Assembly: GCF_001194135.2 (NCBI RefSeq)
Contig: NC_068991.1
Coordinates: 42,615,309 to 42,679,308 of the forward strand
Length of the DNA stretch: 64,000 bases
Source: Octopus bimaculoides
Taxonomy: Eukaryota
Direction of reading: 5' to 3'
Under the pieces are notes generated by a model, which had not been told where the DNA came from, searched no databases, and saw only the letters and a list, made by a program, of their open reading frames with translations. Below are positions 55,787 to 64,000 of the stretch, piece after piece; position 1 is the stretch's first letter; every line of letters begins with the position of its first letter. The position numbers and the translations under genes were made by a program.

Positions 55787-58047
55787 ACAACTATTTATTG
55801 GGATTTCAGTTAAGCACTGCTCTTTGACATTATCAACATCCCTCTTGGATAAATGTCAGACTGTGCCATTAGTGTGCCACTTGAAGTGATGGCATGAGAT
55901 GAAATAGAAAAATCCTCCACCACAGATACCTACAGTTCACTAAATTGGGGACATCAGTTTGCAGTGAAGTGTACACACTCTGTTTCACTGTTAAAATCTT
56001 CCGCAGGTTTGTGTGTGTGTGTGTGTGTGTGATTAGGAAACAGTTCTTTTTTCAAACAATATTCATTAATAAATTACTTTAAAGCTTGTTAAGTTTTTGT
56101 TAATTTTGTTTCCCTTATTATACAAAGTACTCAGAATCTTTTCGTACACATGGATGTATATTTGTGTATGTGTGTATGTGTATGGAACGTGTGTGTGTGT
56201 GTGTGCATGTCCATGTCCATGTGTCTCTGTCTCCGTATCTTGATATCACTTGACAGTTTTAATTGAGTATCAGTGTCATGCAAGCAGTGTCGTTCATTTC
56301 CAATCTTCCATGAAAAATGCCTGGACATGGGGGAAAATTTTATTTTGTTTGGAAACAAGTGAGGGTTGGCAATGAAAAGGGCATCTGGGCATGGAAAATC
56401 TGCCTCAACAAATTCTTTCCAACCCATAAATCATGGAAAAGTGGACATTAAAATGATAGTGATGATTATATAATTGTATGTATGTGTGTATATGTATATA
56501 TGTATAAGTATGAATGTGTATATATGTATGCGTGTGTATGTTTATATATATATATATATCATCATCATCATTTTATGTCTGTTTTCCATGCTGGCATGGG
56601 TTGGACGGTTCGTCTGGGAAGCTGCACCGGGCCCCAATCTGATCTGGCAGTGTTTCTACAGCTGGATGCCCTTCCAAACGCCAACCACTCCGAAAGTGTA
56701 GTGGGTGCATTTTTACATGCCACCGGCACAGGGGCCAGAGGAGCTGGCATCGACCATGATTGGATGGTGCTTTTTACATGCCACCAGCACAGAAGCCAGT
56801 CAAAGTGGCACTGGCATCGGCGCCGTTCGGACGGTGCTTTTTACGTGCTACTGGCACGGGGGTCACAACTACAATTTCCATTTGATTTGATTTTAATATT
56901 GCTGTTGATGTTGATGTACTTGACTCAATAGGTCTCCTCAAGCATGGCATGTTGCCCTATATATATATATATATCAAAATAAGCAACAGGATATCCAGAG
57001 GTGATGCAGTACACCCATTTCAAGCGACTCCATTTAATTGAACAATGCAATCATTACATCAATTTAAATGCAGAGCTATCCTCAGCTGCTTAAATATATA
57101 AATAACAGCATGGACTTTGTCTGTCTTCTTACCTTTTTAGAGGATTTAAGTAAAATCATACAAATGTGTCTGACTGACTAAATTAATTCTATTTATTTAT
57201 GCAGCTGAGGATAGCTCTGCATTTAAATTGATGTGATGATTGCATTGTTCAATTAAATGGAGCCACTTGAAACGGTCGTACTGCATCACCTCTGGATATT
57301 CTGTTGCTTATTTTGATTTTATTCACCTTATTCTGAAATTGTACAGATAATACTGCACTAATTTTTGGTGCCTCAACTTAAGTACCTAATTCATCTGAAT
57401 CTCAATTATTTTGCTATATATATAATGTAATTATGTGTGTGCAATTATATGTATGTATGTATGTATGTATGTATGCGCGCGCGCGTGTATANNNNNNNNN
57501 NNNNNNNNNNNNNNNNNNNNNNNNNNNNNNNNNNNNNNNNNNNNNNNNNNNNNNNNNNNNNNNNNNNNNNNNNNNNNNNNNNNNNNNNNNNNNNNNNNNN
57601 NNNNNNNNNNNNNNNNNNNNNNNNNNNNNNNNNNNNNNNNNNNNNNNNNNNNNNNNNNNNNNNNNNNNNNNNNNNNNNNNNNNNNNNNNNNNNNNNNNNN
57701 NNNNNNNNNNNNNNNNNNNNNNNNNNNNNNNNNNNNNNNNNNNNNNNNNNNNNNNNNNNNNNNNNNNNNNNNNNNNNNNNNNNNNNNNNNNNNNNNNNNN
57801 NNNNNNNNNNNNNNNNNNGATCAAGGATCATGGCAACGCATGTTAGCTATTACATTTGATTGCACGATTAGTACAAGTAGAACTATTATAATCAGAAATT
57901 TGAAAGGAATTAAATTTAATAATTTATTTCATTTTATTTTCCAGGATGATAGTTATTTTATTGGCTGGATTATTATTCAAGAAAACTGGTTATTATTTCT
58001 CACTGTTGTGGTTTACATTTTCAACAGCATACTTCTTGGTAAGTAGA

Positions 58048-58106
<59 letters not shown>

Positions 58107-59691
58107 GCAACAAACTGGTAGAATTGTTAGCACGCTGGGCCAAATGCTTAGTAGCATTTCCTCGGTCTTTAGGTTCTGAGTTCAATTTCCACTGAGGTCC
58201 ACTTTTCCTGTTGTCCTTTTGGGGTTGATAAAATAAGTACCAGTTAAACAATGGGGTTGATGTAATCGACTTACTCCTCCTCTGAAATTGCTGGCCTTGT
58301 ACCAAAATTTGAGACCATTATACATATATAGATTTACACACATGCAAACATGTTCATTGACAGTCTAACAACTGCTAAGTTACGGGGACGTAAACACACC
58401 AACACCAGTTGTCATAGTGGTGAGGGACAAAGACACACACATACAAACATACATACATACATACATATATATATATATAAATAAATACAGTGTACATTTA
58501 AACACATAAGAGGTATCCATCGTAGGATTCTCTCACGCTAGAAAGAACAGCTAAGTTCCAAACCACTATTAGAGATAAAATTTTGAAAGGAATGAAAAAT
58601 AAAAACATTTACCATTTAGTTCCTGATCCAATTAGTTTCTGACTTATAAAATAAAATAATTTGCAAGGTGAAGTCTTCATCAGTAGGTACACACAGATCA
58701 AACATATATACATGAGGCAATCCAATATATGCCCCATGCTTATACAATCTAATTTTCCAAATCTACCGTGCAAGCGCAGTTCCTCATTGGTAATAAATAA
58801 ATGCCAGCGTTTAAAATTCAAAAATTATCCAGGAAAAGAATTATCAATAATCAATAATATCGAAGGGTAATAAAAATATTAGAAATTTCTACCACCAGTG
58901 GCCTAGCATGTAAAAATTTAGTCCAGAGACTATATATTTTTCTTCGTATAAATACAGTGTACATTTAAACACATAGGAGGTATTCATCATAGGATTCTCT
59001 CACGCTAATACGACAGGCTTCTTTCAGTTTCTGTCTATCAAATCCACTCATAAAACTTTGAACCTAAGGCTATAGTAAAAGACACTTACCCAAGATACAT
59101 AGCGATTGATCCCAGAACCATGTAGTTGGGAAACAAACTTCTTTTTTTTTTTTTTTAAATTTTTTTATTGCCCACAAGGGGCTAAACATAGAGGGGACAA
59201 ACAAGGACAGACAAATGGATTAAGTCGATTATATCGACCCCAGTGCGTAGCTGGTACTTAATTTATCGACCTCGAAAGGATGAAAGACAAAGTCGACCTC
59301 GGCGGAATTTGAACTCAGAATGTAACAGCAGACGAAATACCGCTAAGCATTTCGCCCGGCGTGCTAACTGTTCTGCCATCTCACTGCCTTCTTACCACAC
59401 AGCCACATCCGAAATGTAGGAAAAATACTGGATCTTTGATGAAGGCAGACATCTTATGAGACACTGAAAGGGTCTTGTTTTTAGTGGGATTCGATTGACA
59501 ACACATTTGACATTGTCTCTTTCTCTTTCTATTTACAGGTGAAAACTTTGAGGATCCAGATCCTGCCGCACGCAGACTCTGATGGATTTACCCGAGGAAG
59601 CAAACGCAGCCTTTACTTCATTCTTTCCATATCTCTGTTGCAACCTATATTAATGGGATGGCTAACATACCATATCATATTTCCCCACTGA
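7994..59691 (+). CDS. YIF1B: Protein YIF1 (Yip1-interacting factor homolog, YIF1B-like), 9 coding exons, 309 aa
   Basis: Manual splicing gives a 930-nt frame with no internal stop: [32 protein letters not shown]...[21 protein letters not shown]...[17 protein letters not shown]...[17 protein letters not shown]...[17 protein letters not shown]...[11 protein letters not shown]...VKTLRIQIL...[16 protein letters not shown]. The motifs [17 protein letters not shown] and GYKYVGM are the YIF1 family signature (recalled from vertebrate YIF1A/B). Invertebrates probably have one co-orthologue, so the B suffix is nominal. Confidence 0.96.
8749..8823. repeat. (TA)n microsatellite, representative of many (TA)n/(TG)n/(TATG)n tracts (e.g. 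3051, 3425, 28400-28600, 29870, 32365, 34335, 46355)
   Basis: Directly visible. Confidence 0.97.
14481..14709. mobile_element. piggyBac-like TTAA MITE family 1 (other copies 20537-20753, 25931-26128, 51986-52214)
   Basis: About 220-bp elements with consensus ends TTAA-CCCTTTAGCATT...AATGCTAAAGGG-TTAA. Four mutually similar copies in the window. Superfamily inferred from the TTAA/CCC ends. Confidence 0.7.
14846..15085. mobile_element. GC-rich ~240-bp foldback/MITE
   Basis: Imperfect ~75-bp inverted arms, 14851-14926 vs 15003-15078 (aggcaaatcc...tggttaccagtgcaacctgca / tgcagggtgcaccagtaacca...ggatctgcct). The right end is CCTGGGG-TTAA. Confidence 0.65.
15890..17090 (-). mobile_element. Decayed APE-type (RTE-like) LINE fragment: end of endonuclease to start of RT region
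   Basis: Minus-strand remnants [24 protein letters not shown] and KSSKASGL, broken by stops and frameshifts. Confidence 0.65.
17290..18740 (+). mobile_element. Decayed APE-endonuclease LINE fragment (RTE-like), truncated before the RT core
   Basis: APE motifs [34 protein letters not shown] and SSDHQV are in the correct order. ORF 18210-18755 gives [10 protein letters not shown] and PPEVWKT. Confidence 0.85.
22365..23690. repeat. Two ~530-550-bp copies of an interspersed repeat (22365-22890 and 23140-23690) bounded by (ATT)n
   Basis: Colinear similarity throughout (e.g. gagagcag.gcatg.catcaaagt...gccactgcctggta). Probably a LINE 3' UTR with an (AAT)n tail on the - strand (inference). Confidence 0.75.
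23697..23928. repeat. 81-bp tandem repeat, ~2.8 copies
   Basis: Unit tattattattattttccctttctattaaccttagaaattg(t/g)gtttcttttgggctttcttttatcttttcatctatgtacc. The second and third copies are almost identical. Confidence 0.92.
24110..24710. other. Assembly gap (N run); other gaps at 834-933, 52847-52906, 57492-57818, 62776-63057
   Basis: Runs of N, most next to microsatellites or tandem repeats. Confidence 0.99.
24715..25866. mobile_element. Cluster of piggyBac-like TTAA MITE family 2 copies (another copy at 32133-32344)
   Basis: Repeated ~200-bp units begin ttaaccc(t)tttgatac and end gtaacaaaag(g)gttaa, with shared internal aaaatcttccatcaaaattt...aatttatgttc. Confidence 0.65.
24815..25008. mobile_element. 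~194-bp MITE with 8-bp TSD (aatttatg)
   Basis: IR gaattctggtttaagcaccccatataaccc / gggttatatgggttgcttaaaccagaattc. TSD at 24807-24814 and 25009-25016. Sister host repeats at ~25600 and ~25750 carry one aatttatg, i.e. empty sites. Confidence 0.8.
29185..29552 (+). mobile_element. Second RTE-type LINE 3' end (different family)
   Basis: ORF 29258-29530 has [27 protein letters not shown]...GRLGKTW. The element ends in a tgatgatgatgat tail. Confidence 0.82.
30196..31038 (-). mobile_element. Tc1/mariner DD37D (maT-like) transposon, internally deleted, copy 2
   Basis: Reverse-complement homolog of 2023-2885. ORFs 30547-30783 and 30731-30937, with QQDSAPCH and [12 protein letters not shown] (third D intact). 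TA precedes CAGCGTGT at 30196. Confidence 0.9.
32480..34080 (+). mobile_element. Decayed HERO-like (R2-superfamily, restriction-like endonuclease) non-LTR retrotransposon
   Basis: RT motifs [26 protein letters not shown] and KAFMDD, followed by [15 protein letters not shown] and [11 protein letters not shown]. The FMDD variant and these flanking motifs fit HERO/NeSL-type elements as I recall them. Multiple stops and frameshifts. Confidence 0.8.
35118..35219 (+). CDS. YIF1B: YIF1 coding exon 2
   Basis: Acceptor ttcccttgcag| and donor GAAG|GTAAC. Encodes [33 protein letters not shown]; LFEDTS matches the YIF1 LFDDTS motif. Confidence 0.9.
36671..36825 (+). CDS. YIF1B: YIF1 coding exon 3
   Basis: Acceptor ttgttattag| and donor AAT|GTATGG. 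Encodes [52 protein letters not shown]. Confidence 0.95.
36880..37245. repeat. Degenerate ~33-36-bp minisatellite derived from (CAT/TAC)-type trinucleotides
   Basis: Recurrent cagtcattaacattactgtcattaccatc, about 10 times, just after YIF1 exon 3. Confidence 0.7.
38559..38663 (+). CDS. YIF1B: YIF1 coding exon 4
   Basis: Acceptor cttttacag| and donor ACA|GTAAGT. Encodes [35 protein letters not shown]. Confidence 0.97.
40148..40226 (+). CDS. YIF1B: YIF1 coding exon 5
   Basis: Acceptor ttaccag| and donor G|GTAAGT. Encodes [26 protein letters not shown]. Confidence 0.97.
40313..42540 (-). mobile_element. Small internally deleted LTR retrotransposon (Ty3/Gypsy-like, gag remnant only), antisense in YIF1 intron 5
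   Basis: Direct repeats 40313-40791 (479 bp) and 42063-42540 (478 bp), each bounded by TG...CA. On the - strand they show CCAAT, TATAAAT and AATAAA in order, TGGTG (PBS-like) 2 nt inside the 5' LTR, and ggcagggaag (PPT-like) before the 3' LTR. The internal decayed frame resembles Gypsy gag. No TSD recovered. Confidence 0.72.
43277..44022 (+). mobile_element. RTE-type retrotransposon 3' fragment with (GAT)n tail, same family as 1-770
   Basis: ORF remnant [10 protein letters not shown]...[29 protein letters not shown] is near-identical to ORF 481-756. Ends ggcggacgttaaatgacgacgacgataatgatgat. Confidence 0.88.
44331..44388 (+). CDS. YIF1B: YIF1 coding exon 6
   Basis: Acceptor ttcgtttcag| and donor AG|GTTTGT. 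Encodes (V)[18 protein letters not shown](R), a transmembrane segment. Confidence 0.96.
46127..46282 (+). CDS. YIF1B: YIF1 coding exon 7
   Basis: Acceptor aatttccag| and donor GG|GTGAGT. Encodes [51 protein letters not shown]. Confidence 0.97.
49830..50130 (-). mobile_element. tRNA-derived SINE family C (CORE-like)
   Basis: On the - strand, a head ggcatgtggcttagtagttagggtattc...ggtttgattccc is followed by gtgttcttgagcaagacact (CORE-like motif). Confidence 0.65.
52935..53432. mobile_element. Foldback/MITE with ~165-bp inverted arms, copy 1
   Basis: Arms 53024-53190 and 53267-53432 are reverse complements (e.g. ctccatttaattgattaatgaaa / tttcattaatcaattaaatggag). Flanked by (TA)n. Confidence 0.85.
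53750..54740 (-). mobile_element. hAT (Charlie/SPIN/GTF2IRD2-like) transposon 3' portion with transposase C-terminal remnant
   Basis: TIR-like CAGGGGTTGGCAAC at 53750. Minus-strand translation of about 54720-54005 gives [25 protein letters not shown]...[13 protein letters not shown]...FQMELID...[12 protein letters not shown]...KKHQVSH*, with a few in-frame stops. Confidence 0.88.
56973..57414. mobile_element. Foldback/MITE of the same family, copy 2
   Basis: Arms 56973-57089 and 57201-57317 are near-perfect reverse complements. 57318-57414 is the reverse complement of the outer part of copy 1 (52935-53023). (TA)n flanks. Confidence 0.85.
57945..58038 (+). CDS. YIF1B: YIF1 coding exon 8
   Basis: Acceptor ttattttccag| and donor TTG|GTAAGT. 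Encodes (G)[31 protein letters not shown]. Confidence 0.96.
59140..59388 (-). mobile_element. tRNA-derived SINE family B, near-intact copy with A-rich tail
   Basis: Head ggcag...tagcacgccgggcgaaatgcttagcggt...gagttcaaattccgccgaggtcgac and core tttcatcctttc...taagtaccag...ggggtcgatataatcgac. Other copies: 3815-4030, 10700-10885, 10905-11060, 21905-22110, 22135-22345, 22910-23130, 26615-26830, 35580-35780, 44795-45010, 45425-45625, 58100-58320. Confidence 0.85.
59539..59691 (+). CDS. YIF1B: YIF1 coding exon 9 (terminal, to TGA)
   Basis: Acceptor ctatttacag|. Encodes [50 protein letters not shown], with TGA at 59689-59691. Confidence 0.96.
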   Translation: MKTLRIQILPHADSDGFTRGSKRSLYFILSISLLQPILMGWLTYHIIFPH

Positions 59692-61872
59692 AGGCTTTGA
59701 TATGTTTTCTGGATGTTTTGGGTGGGAACACATGCACATACACACTCACACACATGCTTTTAAATATGAATAGAGATACACAAAGTAACACTTATACATA
59801 TAAAGGCTTATAGCTAAACATATATCCATATAAAAGCATACACACATTAAAGACATAAATACTGGCATGTATTCATACACACACATGCATATAAGCACAC
59901 ACTCACATATATAAAAATAAGCTCTTAAACATGTGCTCTTCGTTATGCTTAACTATCACTAGATACATCTTTTAAGTTTCTAGAATCCATTTCCTTAAGA
60001 TATTTCACACAACATGACATGCTACTTACACAAAAATAACAAAAGAAAGAAAAGATAATAATAGTCAAAAGCATTTCATTCTACATCTTAAATATCTTTA
60101 TTGTTTACTTCTTTTTTCACCTTATTTTCAAAACCAAATATTTTCTTGTTGCTTCTCTTCTGTCGTTATGAAATGCCATTTATATTTTAATTAAATTTCA
60201 ATCTGTTTCCTTCAATTTAACCTGTATTTTTTTATTATTATTTTGTTGCAATGAACAATATATTTTTAAAACCCTTGCTTCTAGTAAAACTGAAATTTTT
60301 TTCCTGTTTTGTTCAGATTTTTAAAAAAAAGGGGGGGAAAATATTTAAAACCTACAAAAAAAAACAAAAACAGTTAAAATTATTTTTGTTTAGGGAATTT
60401 CTTATCTAAAAAAAAAATTCTGTTACTGACTTGTTAGACCCTTTATAAATCCCTTTACTTCCATCACAAGTGTTACAATCTTTACATTGTGGTACAGCAC
60501 TATGCTCTTGTGCTGGCTACATTAAACATTACTCTTCTTGTCAGGACACCAGATGATGCAACACAAGTATAGATGCCAATGTTATGTCATTCTAGTTGTG
60601 AGTGTGGTTGGGATGATGTCAGTGTTTGATTGAAGACTTTCAGAATCACTCAGTCAAGTCCTAACATTTGGAAAATGTTAAGTATTGATTGAAGAAAGCT
60701 TTACAGAACTTGATGTGAAAAAAAGCAGACCTCAAAAGATGATTAATTATTAAATAAAAAATTTGGTGATTGGAAGGCTAATGAATTTATTATCTTATAG
60801 ATAATAAGACAAATTTATGCTCCAACTTTGCTTATCTGTATCTTATTTGTATAATGTCCTCATGCGTCATTGCAGAGATCAACAGTGATTAATGGCTGAC
60901 TACCTTTGTTTTATTTATTTATTTTTTTTTTTTTGTGAAATTTGTTCAGTGTTCATCAAACTAGTAAAATAGCTCCCTTTTTTTTAACTGAGAAGCAATC
61001 TAGTTTGTGATTGTGGCTGGACCATTAGAAAGAGAGCTTCTGCTACAGAACTTTATATTAAATGCTAATGGGAACATTTTAATAATTTTCCAACTCATAC
61101 TTAACATGGAGTAATTTTATATGTAAATAAAAAAGGAATATGCACAGTAAAAAAAAAAAAAACAATTTGTTCTGTTCTATATGAATGAATGAAATCATAT
61201 ATTGACTTGTGTTTCTGTTGTGTGAATGACAATTTATCAAAAGAAAAAAATGAAGTTAATGTTGCATTTATTTGTGCCAGTTTGTTGGCCAAATGATAGT
61301 TTGTATTTCATCAGTGTGCACTGAATTCTTGGGGAAGACACTCAACTTTCAATGACACAGTCTACCTAGGTAAACATAAAACAACAATAAAAATGGTTTA
61401 CTGCTGAGATTAATGAAAGTGTCATTAACCTACAATGTTTATGCATTAAATCCTTCCACAGGCCCAGAGAATGAAATAAGAAACTACATACTCCTATGTA
61501 GTTTCTTTGGAATCACTCAAGAAAGACCAAATCTTTAGCATTACTTTAATGTCCAGTATGACAGTAATTCAATAGACAACTATCTCTGTTGGGGGTGAAA
61601 TATTTCGGTAAATGTTTATAAAAACCAACAATGACTTTTTGCATCTGAAGCAAATAAAAGTGTATGATTTTCTGAATATCATTCTTTATCTGATTTTATT
61701 TATTTCTTATCTATTTTTCCATTTTTTTTTTCTTCTAAAGTTTTTCTCTCCATCAAAATTTGTTGGTTAGCCAGAATCAAAGAGATCTGTGATCAAAGCA
61801 TTCCACTCATGGCCACTCCATCTTTATTGTATATCTAGGATTAGCAGCAGTAGTGCCCTGTCTTGCTGTCAT

Positions 61873-62274
61873 TTACTCTTTTACTTGTTTCAGTCATTTG
61901 ACTGTAGCCATGCTGGAGCACCACCTTTAGTCGAGCAAAACGACCCCAGGACTTATTTTTTGTAAGCCTAGTACTTATTCTATCAGTCTCTTTTGCCGAA
62001 CTGCTAAGTTACGGGGACGTAAACACACCAGCATCGGTTGTCAAGCGATGTTGGTGGGGGTGGGGGACAAACACAGACACACAAACACACACACATATAT
62101 ATACATATACATTTATATATATACAATGGGCTTCTTTCAAATCCACTCACAAGGCTTTGGTTAGCCCAAGGCTATAGTAGAAAACACTTGCACAAGGTGC
62201 CACGCAGTGGGACTGAACCCAGAACCATGTGGTTGGTAAGCAAGCTACTTACCACACAGCCACTCCTGCGCCTA
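61873..62274 (-). mobile_element. tRNA-derived SINE family A (CORE-like) with internal (TA)/(TG) microsatellite; well-preserved copy
   Basis: Head has A/B-box-like motifs (tggtaagaagctt...ggttcagtccca) and a CORE-like caccttgggcaagtgtctt. Other copies: 2897-3253(-), 5965-6290(-), 15422-15810(+), 35820-35990(-), 36250-36590(+), 48215-48550(+), 48560-48945(-), 54980-55140(-), 58360-59410(-, split). Resembles the octopus OR-type SINEs (recalled, unverified). Confidence 0.85.
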
Positions 62275-62381
62275 TTTGAAGTTATAGAAAAAGTCAAATA
62301 CAGTATTATTTTCTTCTTGAAAAGTGCTTCTATGCAAATATTCATTGATCTAGGTGCAAATCTATAGCCTACAGTCTAAAA

Positions 62382-63398
62382 CAGTAGTTCTCAGTCAGAG
62401 TCTATATGGCCCTTGGGGATCCATACAAGATTTTGTTGTTAAAATTTATCTGCAATAAATTACTTGTACTTCTACAATATACAAAGTATTTTAATTTTAT
62501 TTATATACAATTCCTAATAATATTCAGTTATGAAAATATAATGGGATTTTATTTAAACATCGAATGGCTATGAGGGTCCATCATCATCATCATCATCATC
62601 GTTTAACGTCCGCCTTCCATGCTAGCATGGGTTGGACGATTTGACTGAGGACTGGCGAAACCGGATGGCAACACCAGGCTCCAATCTAATTTGGCAGAGT
62701 TTCTACAGCTGGATGCCCTTCCTAACGCCAACCACTCAGAGAGTGTAGTGGGTGCTTTTACGTGTCACCCGCACGNNNNNNNNNNNNNNNNNNNNNNNNN
62801 NNNNNNNNNNNNNNNNNNNNNNNNNNNNNNNNNNNNNNNNNNNNNNNNNNNNNNNNNNNNNNNNNNNNNNNNNNNNNNNNNNNNNNNNNNNNNNNNNNNN
62901 NNNNNNNNNNNNNNNNNNNNNNNNNNNNNNNNNNNNNNNNNNNNNNNNNNNNNNNNNNNNNNNNNNNNNNNNNNNNNNNNNNNNNNNNNNNNNNNNNNNN
63001 NNNNNNNNNNNNNNNNNNNNNNNNNNNNNNNNNNNNNNNNNNNNNNNNNNNNNNNNNATGTGTCGCTCGCACATGAGCCAGTCCAGGGGCACTGGCAACG
63101 ATCCCGCTCGAAAGATTTCATGTGTTGCCCGCACATGGGCCAGTCCGGGGGCACTGGCAAACGATCCCGCTCGAAAAAAAAAAAAAAAGCCTCATGTGTC
63201 ACCCGCACAAGAGCCAGTCCAGGAGCACTGGCAACGACCTCGCTCGAAAAACCCCATGTGTCGCCCGCACACGAGCCAGCCCGGGGGCACCGGCAACAAC
63301 CTCGCTCGAAAAACCTCATGTGTCACCCGCAAGCCGGCCCAGTAAAATAAAATAGGAATCAAAGGGGTCCATAGACAAAAAGGGATTGAGAGCCACTG
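62382..63398. mobile_element. hAT (Charlie/MER-like) MITE split by an RTE insertion
   Basis: TIRs CAGTAGTTCTCA (62382) and TTGAGAGCCACTG (ending 63398). The 8-bp TSD gtctaaaa/gtctagaa matches at 7 of 8 positions and fits the NTCTAGAN preference of Charlie-type hATs. Confidence 0.82.
62581..63345 (-). mobile_element. RTE-family 3' UTR copy with internal ~60-bp tandem array, nested in a hAT MITE
   Basis: Starts (CAT)n-cgtttaacgtccgcc, the same tail as other copies such as 12660-13035, 31345-31640, 37790-38000, 47900-48185, 49400-49800, 56556-56945 and 63540-63795. Contains an N-gap and tandem units. Confidence 0.85.
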
Positions 63399-64000
63399 GT
63401 CTAGAATACATACATTGTGTTTTATATATCAAGATTATATAGTCCATTGTATCTTATTTTTATGATGGTAGGATTAAAGGATCTACAGATGTTGGGACTC
63501 ACAGAGGGGATGACAGGACTGAGACTCCTGGCAGTTTGCTGTGCTTGAAAAGACATGACTAAGTACAGGCTCATCCCTTTCAACCCTCAGCTGAGCATCT
63601 CTAATCTTGCAGGCTCATAAGGTGCTGGTGCTATGTAAAAAGTACCCAGTACACTCTGTAAAGTGGTTAGTGTTAGAAAGGGCATCCAGCTGTAGAAACC
63701 ATGCCAAAACAGACATGGAGCCCGAACAGTCCTTCAGCTGGTCAGCTCCTGTCAAACCCATGCCAGCATGGAAAACGGGCATTAAATGATGATATAGTTT
63801 CTTGTGCTATGAGAGTGTGATTTAGGAGGTATTTGGTTGCTTGTTCTAGCATGTTGAAGGCTCCTTAATTTGGTTGATTGAGATAGTGTTAATACCCCAT
63901 CAATATTCCAGCATAAGGAATAAAAGACTGTTTTGCCCTATGAGACCTTCACATCAAGTGGATGACAGCTTGGAAAGAGGTTAGTACATTCCATTGCCAG

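Noticed and set aside
59310-59388. tRNA-like sequences with A/B boxes
   Set aside because: These are SINE heads: no complete cloverleaf, and they continue into the SINE core and tail.
59692-61700. YIF1 polyadenylation site
   Set aside because: Several AATAAA hexamers (about 60753, 61126, 61652) lie in very AT-rich DNA, and none can be singled out without transcript data.

Overview
This is AT-rich, intron-rich eukaryotic (animal) DNA with five N-gaps. The SINE, RTE and microsatellite landscape looks like an octopus genome (inference; no database search was run). One complete protein-coding gene can be rebuilt by hand: a 9-exon YIF1 (YIF1B-like) ER-Golgi trafficking membrane protein on the + strand. 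Its CDS is join(7994..8021,35118..35219,36671..36825,38559..38663,40148..40226,44331..44388,46127..46282,57945..58038,59539..59691), 930 nt, 309 aa, with all introns GT-AG and phase-compatible and a first intron of about 27 kb. Upstream there may be a small divergent multi-exon gene on the - strand (about 4.5-5.7 kb) and a short orphan reading frame beside a gap (934-1104). Most of the rest is decayed mobile DNA: RTE-type and HERO-like LINE fragments, three tRNA-type SINE families, two copies of an internally deleted DD37D (maT) transposon, a hAT transposase remnant, hAT-like, piggyBac-like and TA-target MITEs, and a small internally deleted Gypsy-like LTR element. I found no CRISPR array, no true rRNA/tRNA gene and no convincing wholly new biological system. 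The most unusual unexplained items are a densely structured 180-nt segment at 31037-31215, the candidate divergent gene, and long intronic foldbacks that could form dsRNA in the YIF1 pre-mRNA.
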